From Octopus sinensis (lineage: Eukaryota), in assembly GCF_006345805.1 (NCBI RefSeq), contig NC_043006.1, positions 41,850,001 to 41,914,000 on the forward strand: 64,000 nt of DNA. Direction: 5' to 3'. This document shows positions 14,155 to 26,060 of this stretch, piece after piece (the stretch's first letter is position 1; each line of letters begins with the position of its first letter). The position numbers and the translations under genes are program-made. Under the pieces are notes generated by a model. It saw nothing but the letters and a program-made list of their open reading frames with translations, did not search any database and was not told the origin of the DNA.

Positions 14155-14423
14155 GACACACATACACTACATATACATACACACATACATACATAATATA
14201 CACATACTTCACACATGTACATAAATACACACACCATAAGTACTCTACGTACCTACACATACATAAACACACGAGCGTACGCGCATATGTACATATACAT
14301 ATACCCATGCACACGCATATATATACATACATACATACACATACACACATGTATACACACACACTCACATACACATATTATACCTACACATATATATACA
14401 CATATTATATAATATGTATACAT

Positions 14424-14456
<33 letters not shown>

Positions 14457-14651
14457 CACACATATACATACACACACACATCCACACACACATATATTAC
14501 ATGTGTGCAAACATACATACATTCTCATACAAGCACACACACTTACATTTACATATATACACACACTTACACACATATATATACATACACACAAACATAT
14601 ACACATACATATGCATACACACAAATATACATATATACATACATACATCTA

Positions 14652-14695
<44 letters not shown>

Positions 14696-14731
14696 TACAT
14701 ATATATATATATATACACATACATACACACA

Positions 14732-14765
<34 letters not shown>

Positions 14766-14890
14766 CACACATATATATTTTTTACATACATACACACACG
14801 CACACACACACATACCATGCGTATATCCTACTATACCCATACATTTCTATACATATATACGATACACATCTACAAGCGTGCACATACAAT
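12900..14890. repeat. ~2-kb CA/TA low-complexity tract with an internal ~60-bp duplication (near 13485 and 13638)
   Basis: acgcgtacctacagattcatgtctacactctt occurs twice; HTHT/YIYI ORFs are artefacts. Confidence 0.9.
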
Positions 14891-14972
14891 ATGTGAAAGG
14901 TCTTAGGAGAAAAGGTAATCGGGGGTGCTAGGGGGACGGTGGGATTGGGGGGGTTTTGTGGGTGGGGTGTCA

Positions 14973-15395
14973 TCAATCTGGTTGCCGGGTAGGTCTATAG
15001 TTCTTGTAGTTCGCATACTTCTTATGCATACAATTTGGGGAGTGTTCTGAGATTTTGTTAAGGAGAGGGCCTTTGGCGAACAAGATCTCTAGGCTCTCCG
15101 ATATGCAGAGGTCACAGCAGGTATGGCCTCCTGTGTACGAGCGCGCTTCTGTAGTAGTTTCCACTTGGTCTTGAAGGGGATGGAATTCCTTTTAAGGTAC
15201 CAGATGTGGGCGGCGAGGGTAGTTTGGTGGATTTATCCTGTCGCCGGAACGAGTGTGTGGTGTGCGTACCAACGGGTCTTAAAAAGCTGTTTGACGTCAT
15301 TCCTATGTAGGATTTTCTTTTATCGTCAGGGCCTGATCTTACCTCGCATGTATATATACTAGGTCCCTCTGTAGGCAGTTGTTGTTGAGGGGGCA
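14973..15395 (-). pseudogene. PLE-type GIY-YIG endonuclease domain (frameshifted)
   Basis: Frameshift-corrected translation: CPLNNNCLQRDLVY-TCEVRSGPDDKRKSYIGMTSNSF-..RWYAHH..AHIWYLK..SYTGGHTCCDLCISESLEILFAKGPLLNKISEHSPNCMH. It shows xVY...YIG, conserved R/E/N and the Cys/His motifs of PLE endonucleases. Confidence 0.85.
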
Positions 15396-15665
15396 GGTAG
15401 TTTTTATTTTTTATTTTTTATTTTTATTTATTCTCCTATCTAATTTAACACTGACTCCTTGACCACTCCCCCAAGTATGATTTTTGCGCTATGCCTACCC
15501 AAAAAAGTCCCCCACCACACCCCTTTAAAACCTGCCTAAATGTATAAATGCCAATACAATTCTTGTTAACTACTTCCTGAAGATTTCTCTTGAATGAAAC
15601 AGTTCTAGTCCCCTGTAGAAGCTCCTTCTATATAATAAATAATATATATATATATATTATACACA

Positions 15666-15697
<32 letters not shown>

Positions 15698-16509
15698 GTA
15701 TAGATAGATAGATAAAATAGATATAGATATACATATATATATATATGATGAATGTATATGTATATGCATGTGTATTGTTTGTGAGAGTATGTGCGTATAT
15801 ATATACCAATATATGAACATCTATATCTATATATATATATAATATATACCCATGTATGTATAGATAGATATATATACGCACACACTCACATCCAATCCTA
15901 AGTACATATGCTTATACTTCTCTTTGTTGTCATGTCTCTATGCTAGTGTACATGTATGTGTGTGTATATGTGGGTATGTGTGTATTTGTGTGAGCACTTG
16001 CGTGTGGGTTTGAATGAGTGGCATATATATTATTGTAAAACCAGAACGTTTCCAAGACTCGATAAATATAAATCCTTCGGTAGTTTTCAGTAACTGATTT
16101 GTCTTCTTCCTGCAAATGGTCAACAGTATTTGTACGTCTGAGGTCAGCTGTTAGCTATTATCATATCAAGAGTATGGCGTCTTGCTTCTCGTGTTTCATT
16201 CCTAAGTTAAAATGTGAACATATCTCAGCCAGAATCCAATCGGGTTCGATTGACTTGTTGCTTGTAAGGATGCAGATTGTTGTTTTGGTTATTGTGATCT
16301 CACATTCCACAGATATGAAGTTCGTTATTGATGTTTACCAAATGTTTTCCACAGTTCTTTTGTTGCTTTCACTGTTACGATTAAATTGGATTGATGTTGA
16401 AAATCATGGTCACATACAAAACTTCTGGTGCAAAAGGGAATTTTTCTATTCTATCTTCCCATCTTAGCTGTGATATCTGAACCAGATTTTCCTGTTATTC
16501 TGTGTGTCT

Positions 16510-16778
16510 TACCTCTGAACACATATAAAAGAGGCCTACAATACTTTGGTCACATATTAGGAAAACTGGATATAACATGGCGTTTGCCATTTACCTTTCA
16601 TTCGATTGTTACTCTAAATGGCAGATGCTCAAAAACAATATCTAGAACAAACTTGATTGATAACACCAAGGACTGGCCTAATCTATCATATGGTGAATGT
16701 GTCGGAATGGCAAAGAAAAGGCCCGAATGGAGAACCATAATATTCAATCTGTTGAGAGCAGATTACACATAATAATGA
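16510..16778 (+). mobile_element. RTE-like LINE 3' end
   Basis: KRGLQYFGHILG...GRCSKTISRTNLIDNTKDWPNLSYGECVGMAKKRPEWRTIIFNLLRADYT* followed by taataat. Confidence 0.7.
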
Positions 16779-17019
16779 CAATTTAGACATATGTATTGCT
16801 TTTTAACACAGAAGCCTCTTTCGGACTCACTAACAAGCAATAGTCATATCTTTTATTCGATGTTGGACAGGCCCACCTGCATGTTCGAATCGATGGATTT
16901 GGAGAGTTGAAAGTTTCTCTGCGACTCGTGTGTTCATGTTCACACACCTGTTCAGACTCAGATAATTATTTTCACCTGCAGTGTCGTCTTTTTAGCTTTA
17001 TGTAGTCGGTCATGCATCG

Positions 17020-17200
17020 TGCCGTGATGAAGTATCGTATTATTAGTGGTTTGTTACATTCTGGGTTCAAATTTTGCCGTGGTCGACTTTGCCTTTTATC
17101 TTTTCGGGGTCTATACGTTAAATACCAGCGAAACAATGGGGTCGATGTAGTCAACTTGTCTCCTCCCACAAAATTTCAGGCTTTGTGCCTGTAGTAGAAA
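17020..17200 (+). mobile_element. Family A SINE
   Basis: gggttcaaattttgccgtggtcgactttgcctttt. Confidence 0.75.
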
Positions 17201-17326
17201 GGATTATTAGTGCTTTGTGACGGGTAATGCTCGTCCACTGACATTAGCGTCCGCTTGCCACGCATATGTTCTTTATGAACCAAGACAGATTTCATAAGGT
17301 GCTTCTTTTTGTATATCTGAATATTA

Positions 17327-17494
17327 CAGATCTATATTTAAGAGATGAGGAATTATGTACATATTTACATTTGACGGATATTTGTCCTCATCATGTTTGT
17401 TGTTAACGCAACGTTTCGGCTGGAGGGTATCAGCCGAAACGGTGTATTAACAACAGACAAGATGAGGACAAATATCCGTCAAATGTAAATAATG
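17327..17494. mobile_element. Palindromic insertion of the family E tail (HHR remnant) flanked by a 13-bp direct repeat
   Basis: Arms atttacatttgacggatatttgtcctcatc and gatgaggacaaatatccgtcaaatgtaaat are centred on ggctggagggtatcagccgaaac. tatctgaatatta lies at 17314-17326 and 17495-17507. Confidence 0.8.
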
Positions 17495-17507
17495 TATCTG
17501 AATATTA

Positions 17508-17930
17508 GTTTCAAATTTTTGTACAAGGCCAGCAATTTCGGGGGAGTAGGGAAATCCCTTTCATCGACTGGTACTTATTTTATCGACTCCGAAGTCGACC
17601 CTGTCAATATATGAACGTGGAGCGTAAAGTCCGAAGAAATGCCGCTAACCATTTTTTTTCCGGAGCGGTTAATGTTTCTGCCAATTCAATGTCTTCGAAT
17701 ATTCTAATATTGATTTCAAATTTTGGCACAATGCCAAACTTTTCGGAGAGGGGTTAAGTAAATCGATTACATCGTGTCCAGTGTTCAAGAGGCACTCATG
17801 TTATGGGCCCCAAAATGGATGAAAGGCAAAGTCGTCCTCGAAGGCATTTGGACATAGAACATAAAGATGGACGAAATGCCGCTGAGCCTTTTGCCCGTCA
17901 CGCTAACGAGTCAGCCAGCTCATCGTCTTC
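17508..17930 (-). mobile_element. Two adjacent family A SINE copies
   Basis: Reverse-complement motifs gtacttattttatcgac, gaaaggcaaagtcgtcctc, gaaatgccgct. Confidence 0.7.
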
Positions 17931-17959
17931 GAGTTTCCTAATGTTAAGATCTCACTGTT

Positions 17960-19050
17960 TACCGTGCAGATAACGATTTCGGTCGGAAAATATCAGCATG
18001 TTTCAGCGAAAAGTTTGTTTGCTTAAGATTATAATCAAGGCTATCGATTCTTGTTTTCATTGATCCAAATACTTCATGTTGACGGGATACAGCGTGTAGA
18101 AACATCGGTGTCCTAGAATCCCTTGTATTAATGAATCGATTGTACTGTGAACTCATAGTGGTCGTTAGAGAGAAGCTATCCTCCCTTGAAGAAAACAAGG
18201 GCGATTAGCACATTCACGTTGCAATCTGCCGAAATTATTAAAGATAATTACGCGAGTCATCGTTTCGAATTACGCTGTTCACCGTGTAAATAACGATAGA
18301 TAATATTAAAATAATTTAGTGACAAATAAATGTCTCGAAATAACTGATTTCAATATATTAAATCTTTATATCAATGCAAGTTTGAAGAATATACGTCTTT
18401 CAATGCCTGACTTTGGTTTAAGCAGTTTTATTGAAAAATGATGATCCGTATTATAATGATAACCTTTTCGATTCAGACGAAGTCAATTTTCAGACAAATG
18501 GTTGAATATCTAACATCGTCAAGGAGTGAACAACGGACTTGAATAGGTATTATAGTTACAGACGGATTCATTATAGATTTGATTGTGGGAGACAGAATAA
18601 ATATCAGTATGTTGTCATCATTGCGTACAGATGACACATAATTTTATCCTCTAATTGTAGTAGCATTACTGAAAGTCCGAGTCACTAAAATTTATGGAAA
18701 CAAAAGAAATTGAAATAAAATTTCAGAATAGTCGAAAGGTAAGTAATTCTTCCTAATCTTCTCGCACTAACAATCGATTTTCAATTGGCTGACAGTTACT
18801 TTGATATATCAACGATCTTAATAAAAATAGCAACGCTTCGGCTTTAAATGAGATTTAATGTCCATGCAGTAATCACACCAACTGAAAAGATACCACCAAA
18901 TAGGTACTTCCATAAGTTGTTAAAGAAACCTCTTCTAATAAAATATAATGTCTCGACTTTAAAGAGAACAATTTAATCATGTATCAAGCGGAAGTTAATT
19001 CACTTAAAGGTTGAAAATGTTAAGAAAAGCAATACCTTATAGTTCAATAT
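17960..19050 (+). mobile_element. Possible highly degenerate Tc1/mariner-superfamily transposase remnant
   Basis: Translation across stops gives FMLTGYSV*KHRCPR..NESI..RKQGRLAHSRCNLPKLLK (HTH-like) and DPYYNDNLFDSDEVNFQTNG (FSDEAxF-like first catalytic Asp). Confidence 0.35.
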
Positions 19051-19344
19051 ATTTCCTCACTGAAATTTTCATTCATGGTTAGAGAACCAATCAAGAGATT
19101 AGAATTTTCTTCACCCCACCCCCAGTCGCATAACTGACATTTTAAATGTATTCATTGCAATTACTGACGATGGTGACTGAGCATCACTGATTAAGAAAAA
19201 TCTCCCTTGTATACTCTGTCTTTTGCTTGAATATGAGGTGTTTAATAGTATCTTATAGAATATATATTCTTAAAGCAATGGGGTATGAGATAAAGGAATA
19301 TCGGCTGTTATTTCTAGCAGATGAAGACCTCCTTTATTCCCTTC

Positions 19345-19565
19345 AATACTGGTTTCAAATATTAGGACAAAGCCATTAATTTCGAGGAAGAGAGCAAGTT
19401 GCTTAAATCGATACCTGTGCTCATCTGATGCTTATTTCATCGCCATTAAGAGGGATGAAAGGCAAAGTTGACCTCGGCGGAATTCGAACTCGGAACGGAA
19501 ACAGATGAAATTCCGCCGAATATTTTTGTTCCGCGTGCTAAGGAACGACTCTGTCAGCTCATCGC
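19345..19565 (-). mobile_element. Family A SINE
   Basis: gatgaaaggcaaagttgacctcggcggaattcgaactc. Confidence 0.75.
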
Positions 19566-20443
19566 TTTTTTCCTTTCGATATTAATTAATGAATATTCGA
19601 AGACGAAAAGGATTGGTAGGTGGTGATATCCATGTACGAGCATTAGCAAATGTTTTTACAGGATCAGTAAGATCATGAGATTTGGTAGAAAGAGAAGGGA
19701 AGAGAGAGAGGAGAGAAGGCATATCTGTGTGTATTTTAACATGTATGTGTGTGTATGTGTGTGTCAGTGCACTTGTTGTGCTGTAGTTTGGGCGTATGCG
19801 TGTGTTTGAAAGTAATAAGGAAGCACAGACCACATTACTGAGGAAGTGCAGTGACAAATAATTTCGATAAAGCGTAAAAAGGATGTTAAGGAAAAGCGTG
19901 ACATTTTGGTCCAGCAAAGGATAATAGACAGAAGACAACGACATTTTAAGCCGAATAAATGTTGAGATCTAAATGATAATACATAAAGATATTCAACAAC
20001 AATTAATACTGAAGTTAAGATTTTGCAAAAACACACAAACACACGCACGCAAACACACATACACACACAGATTTATATATATATATACATATATACACAT
20101 AAAATATTTATTCCTTTTGGAACGTTTATACGAAACTTCTCGTGTTTACATAAGCGAAATATCTAGTTAAATACTGGTTACCTTAAGTTCACAAGAAACA
20201 ATTATTTTAATTAATTAAAATTAAACAGCTATAAGAAGTATCTTTAGTACTAATAGAATTGCATTCCTAAAACAGTAAAGTACGAAGCTGCAGAGATATA
20301 GGGCGGATAGTGAGATTAGCCTTGGCAACGTGTTGAAAACTTCGTCTGTATGCGCGATGAATTAATGTTTGAAGTCTTATATTATGTAGGCAAACTGAAA
20401 TTATACATGATGCCTAAATATACACGTGTGCAGGCACACACAC

Positions 20444-20525
<82 letters not shown>

Positions 20526-20532
<7 letters not shown>

Positions 20533-21266
20533 AATAAAATATAAAATAAAATATGTATAAATAAAAACCTTTGACCGTGCAACACTATGTATGAATTATG
20601 TACTTGGAATGACCAATTTTTAATACTGTTGAATCTTACTCATAAGGTAATGGAATCATACATTGTGTATAAACTCTATACTTGGAATGACCCATTTTAA
20701 ATTCTGTTTGGATTTTACTGATAAGGTATTGGAATCTTACAAATGTACCCTTCTGCCTAAAAAATGGATCTACAAATTCAATATCCCCCCACATATCTCA
20801 CATCTGTTTTCTTTCCTCCACCTCACTCTCTATTTTGTATCCTATTTAAATTAACTATTACTTAACCATCCTCTCACACCGTCTTCGCTGAAGGGATATA
20901 ATTAATAAATATCCTGGAAACAGCTGTAAGACCTTCTATCTATAAATGTTCTAATATCTACACAGCCTTGGTTTTTTATCTCATTCCGCAAAATATTCTT
21001 ATATATATATATATGCATAGATACACTTCTGCGATTCAGCTAACTTATCAAATGCTTTGCCTACAATCCTTATTATCGGAATTAAATGCACAGATTAAAA
21101 TTTTTGTGGATTGAATATACTAACAACAAGAAAGGCACAATCTAGGAAAATTCTCTGAATTTTTTTTTTAAATTCAACCCCTTTCCTTACTTATTACTCT
21201 CGCCAAACTGCGTGTAGCATTAAACTAATACATATGTATGCTTGTGTGTGTCGGTATATATATATA

Positions 21267-21359
<93 letters not shown>

Positions 21360-22088
21360 ATATATAAATAAAATATAAAATAAAATATGTATAAATAAAA
21401 ACCTTTGACCGTGCAACACTATGTATGAATTATGTACTTGGAATGACCAATTTTTAATACTGTTGGATCTTACTCATAAGGTAATGGAATCATACATTGT
21501 GTATAAACTCTATACTTGGAATGACCCATTTTAAATTCTGTTTGGATTTTACTGATAAGGTATTGGAATCTTACAAATGTACCCTTCTGCCTAAAAAATG
21601 GATCTACAATTTCAATATCCCCCCACATATCTCACATCTGTTTTCTTTCCTCCACCTCACTCTCTATTTTGTATCCTATTTAAATTAACTATTACTTAAC
21701 CATCCTCTCACACCGTCTTCGCTGAAGGGATATAATTAATAAATATCCTGGAAACAGCTGTAAGACCTTCTATCTATAAATGTTCTAATATCTACACAGC
21801 CTTGGTTTTTTATCTCATTCCGCAAAATATTCTTATATATATATGCATAGATACACTTCTGCGATTCAGCTAACTTATCAAATGCTTTGCCTACAATCCT
21901 TATTATCGGAATTAAATGCACAGATTAAAATTTTTGTGGATTGAATATACTAACAACAAGAAAGGCACAATCTAGGAAAATTCTCTGAATTTTTTTTTAA
22001 AATTCAACCCCTTTCCTTACTTATTACTCTCGCCAAACTGCGTGTAGCATTAAACTAATACATATGTATGCTTGTGTGTGTCGGTATA
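20526..22088 (+). repeat. Near-identical tandem duplication, period ~834 bp, containing a PLE pLTR-like segment with a degenerate HHR
   Basis: 20526-21258 matches 21360-22088 with few substitutions; ORFs at 20663 and 21497 differ by one residue. gtcttcgctgaagggata...tatcctggaaacagctgtaagacc is homologous to the 63411-63903 arms. Confidence 0.9.
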
Positions 22089-22841
22089 TGTATATATATA
22101 TATATGCTTGTATGTGCCTTTGTATGTATGTTTATGTATATATATGCATACATATATATACATATATATATTTATAAATATATCATAGTAAATTTATAAA
22201 TTTATATGCTCATATATTTGTATATTTCATCTCTTTCGTATTATAGATAATTATATGCATTGTTATATGTTTATACGTCTTAGAGATAGATACACGCACC
22301 CACACATACACACATACACACACATAGATACAGTTATTGAAGAAAGAAAGTACGGAAGCAACTGATTTGTATATTTCAAGCAAATACATAACTGTTTTGT
22401 ATGTGAAAATAGATAAAGAAAACGTGTAAATATTTTATAGGTATTAACTACAGAATTACGACTGTTTCACTGAATAATTATAGTACAACTCAACTCTGAT
22501 CGAATATATATTTCGTGACCATTCATCAAAATTACTTAGGAATCAATGCCAGGATTAGTTTTTATCTCGAATTATGTATTCAATACAGGTTTGTTTAGCA
22601 CTAAATCTTAATCTAGTTGTGTCCGGAAAAAATGCATCAATTATATAATTCACGTGTCTTCGCTAATCATGAACGAATTGCGAATCAGCATGCGCTGCAT
22701 TTTATGTTATCTTTCTGGTTTGTACATTCATTTCTATTAATTGTTATTGATTGTTGCTTTAATTTTACGAAATGATGATCTTTTGTATAATATTGGCGTT
22801 AAATCTGAGTGGTTTTGTACACACACTGACACAGAGACATA

Positions 22842-22882
<41 letters not shown>

Positions 22883-23649
22883 GCACACATGCAGACACCC
22901 ACAGGACACCAACCAGGTATATTTGATGTATGTGTGTTTGTTTTTAAGTTTTTTTTGTAATCGTAGGTTGTAATATCCGTGATTTGATTTAATTAACGAT
23001 AATTATACAACACCTTCAGCTAGTATTTTCAGGAAGATTTTTATGTAAAACGTGGGAAAAACATTAACCTCTTGGGTGTTAGATTTAATCTTTGATCTGT
23101 TTTTACACCAACATTTGACACTTCAATTCTATTTGCAGATTTCACTTTCCTGTAAGTATTCAAGTTATGTTAATGATTTCAGGATATTAAAATATACTAA
23201 ATCCCTCTGGAAAGTGTGATGGGTGCATTGTTTTCTTATCTTATTATGTCATAAAACATATATAAAAAGACCACCGATTGACTCGATTCCATGTTTTGAG
23301 TCATAATTATTTACCCAATCTTGGAAAACTATTGATAACCAAATTACTAATGATACTGAACAGCTAGCTAAAGGTTTCGGTAGTTCGCCTTATCTTATCG
23401 CATTATACTGTACCCCTGGCAACAATAATTAAATAAGCCCTGCAGTAAATGAAAACTGGCATTGTAAAATTAATGAGTCTCATTTGTTTCGGCGCTGTTT
23501 TCCATACATGTCCTGCGTATCGTCAAACATGTCATTGTGCCCCATATTTGTCATCTGTATGTCTCTATATACAGTGACAACTGACTGAGTAGGTGACGCT
23601 TTCACATAAACGTAGTTGATTTTGTTAGTTAAGGAAAGCCTGATGGTAC

Positions 23650-23734
23650 GAGTAGACAAGTAGTCATGATGAGTATATTGGGCTTCGTATATTCTACCCC
23701 AGTGTCATTTTGATGACATGCATTGCTCTCACTC

Positions 23735-23772
<38 letters not shown>
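23650..23772 (+). mobile_element. 3' end of repeat family X plus (TAA)n tail
   Basis: tagtcatga...gcttcgtatatt..accccagtgtca..ttgatg.catg.a.tgctctc..actcaataataat matches 25950-26040. Confidence 0.75.
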
Positions 23773-23775
<3 letters not shown>

Positions 23776-25460
23776 TAACACTATTAAAGACGTTTCATGG
23801 ATTCACCGAAGAAATAGATATGAAATTTGGATTAGAAAAATGCGCCAAAGTAACCATGAAAAGAGGAAAACTAGTTAAGAGTAGCAACATCACACTAGAT
23901 AAAACCAATGAAATAAGAGAATTAGACCAAAGCAAACTTACAAATATTTACAAATCCATGAACTAGATAAGACACAACACACACAAATGAAAGAAAATAA
24001 AGAAAGAATACTATAGACGAGTTAGATCAATACTAAAAAACAGAGCTCAATGCTAAAATCAAGATAATAGGTATTAACACTTTAGCCGTCCCAGTTATAA
24101 CTGGACGCACGCTAAATCAACTAACCAAAATAGATAGGAAAACAAGAAAAATAATGACAGGTTCTAGGATGCATCACCCAAAATCTGACATAGAAAGGCT
24201 ATATATACAACGTATAGAAGGTGGTAGAGGCCTTATAAAGCTGGAAAACTACTATAAAATAACCACCATAGGACTGCAAAAATACCTACTTCAGAAGCAA
24301 GGAAAACTGATACAAATAGCGGCAAAACACGAGCAAAACAAAAAATTGTTCTCAGTATTTAAGGAAGCTGACAAATACAAACAAGAAATCATACCACCTA
24401 ACAAATATGAAGAAGAAGAAGAAGAAGAAGAAGAAGAAGAAGAAGAAGAAGAAGAAGAAGAAGAAGAAGAAGAAGAAGAAGAAGAAGAAGAAGAGAAGAA
24501 GAAGAAGAAGAAGAAGAAGAAGAAGAAGAAGAAGAAGACATAACAAAAGCTATAAAGCAAATGAAATCAAAACTAAAACTAGAACAGCAACGAACCATGA
24601 TAAAACGATGGCGAGAAAAGCCCCTTCATGGCAAGTACTGGACTAAACTAAATGCAAAAGAAATAGACAAAGAAAAATCCCAGCAGTGGTTGAGAAGCTC
24701 AGGACTCAAAGCAGAGACAGAGGGATTTTTAATTGCAGCACAAGACCAAAGCCTCCCCACCAGAAATTACCAAAAACATGTAATGAAACGAAATATTACA
24801 AGTAACTGCAGAATATGTGGAGATGGACAAGAAACAATAAATCATATTATCTCTAGCTGCCCAGTCCTGGCTAAGAAGGAATATATTCACAGACACGACA
24901 GATTTGGGAACTACATACACTGGAAGCTATGCCAACATTATGGAATAACAACAGAAAAAAGATGGTATAGGCACACACCAGAGAAGGTCACAGAACGCGA
25001 GAAAGCAACCAATATGCCAATACACACAGATACAGAAATTAAGGCCAACAGACCAGATATAGTTTTCAGAGATCATGAAGAAAAAAATGCTTTCTAATTG
25101 ATGTATCAATACCAGCAGATGACCACGTCTCTAAAAGAAATGGAGAAACTTTCAAAATACAAAGACCTGGAAATAGAGGTAACTAGAATGTGAAATCTAA
25201 AAACAGAAACAATTCCTCTCATAGTAGGTGAATTAGGCATGATAGAAAATTATTCAGACAAATACATAACAAAAACACCAGGACTTACAAACACATATAA
25301 CATACAGAAAATTGCACTACTAGGCACTGCACACATCCTACGCAGAACACTTTCAATACAGTAACCATCAGGGCATCACAACAAATCACAGCACATACCC
25401 AAGGCACACAAAGCTGCGCTCGGTAGTGAAGTGAAAGCACGTTATAAAAATAAAACTACT
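23773..25460 (+). mobile_element. 5'-truncated R4/Dong-like non-LTR retrotransposon (RT C-terminus, CCHC knuckle, restriction-like endonuclease), frameshifted
   Basis: MKFGLEKCAKV; HHPKSDIERLYIQRIEGGRGL; KPLHGKYW; ETEGFLIAAQDQSLPTRNY; CRICGDGQETINHIISSC; RHD; NRPDIV...LIDVSIP...KYKDLEIE. Flanked by TAA repeats. Confidence 0.88.
24408..24537 (+). repeat. (GAA)n expansion inside the LINE ORF
   Basis: About 43 GAA/AAG units; the polyE/K ORFs derive from it. Confidence 0.95.
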
Positions 25461-25480
25461 GAATGATAATAATGATAATG

Positions 25481-26060
25481 CCCTGATACAGTACTAGGCA
25501 GTGGCTCTCGTGGCTTCTGATCTTAACTGATTGGAAGTTGTATCATGTACATTGTTTTGTCTTTGTATAAAAGATGGCTACATTAAATATCCTGCTCATT
25601 ACCACAAATTTGCTTGTCAATTGTTTGATCTTAACCAGTTGAGCATGTCCCTTAGTGGCTGACGGTATGTGCATCTCTGATCAGGAGTAGAAGTAGTGGA
25701 GGAGCATGATAGCCATGTGTTGAGAGGGATTCTTTGTGGTTTGAATAATTCACCCTTGGAAACGAGTGTTTCGTTCAACATCCTTAAACAACCCTTATTC
25801 AGAGACCTTTTGAGCAGGATGGGTTACTCGACCTGAAGAAAATTTTAACTGGGCCCCCACCTGCAAGGTCATGTGCTGTTTATCTTGATATGAGATCACT
25901 ATGTCGCACACATATGGTTGTGATGCATGTGCTTGGTGTACACTTATCAGACGGGTAGTCATGAAGGGTTTACTAGGCTTCGTATATTTCACCCCAGTGT
26001 CACTTTGATGGCATGTACTGCTCTCTCACTCAATAATAATAATAATGATAATAATAATAA
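25481..26060 (+). mobile_element. Repeat family X (probable non-LTR 3' segment) ending in (TAA)n
   Basis: Shares its 3' end with 23650-23735. No coding motif recognised. Confidence 0.6.

Larger units (their letters stand above)
12331..15640 (-). mobile_element. 5'-truncated Penelope-like element with an inverted pseudo-LTR
   Basis: GIY-YIG remnant at 14973-15395 (-). A ~210-bp segment is present at 12401-12610 (-) and inverted at 15431-15640 (+). Inverted pLTR at the truncation point is a known PLE insertion structure. Confidence 0.75.
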
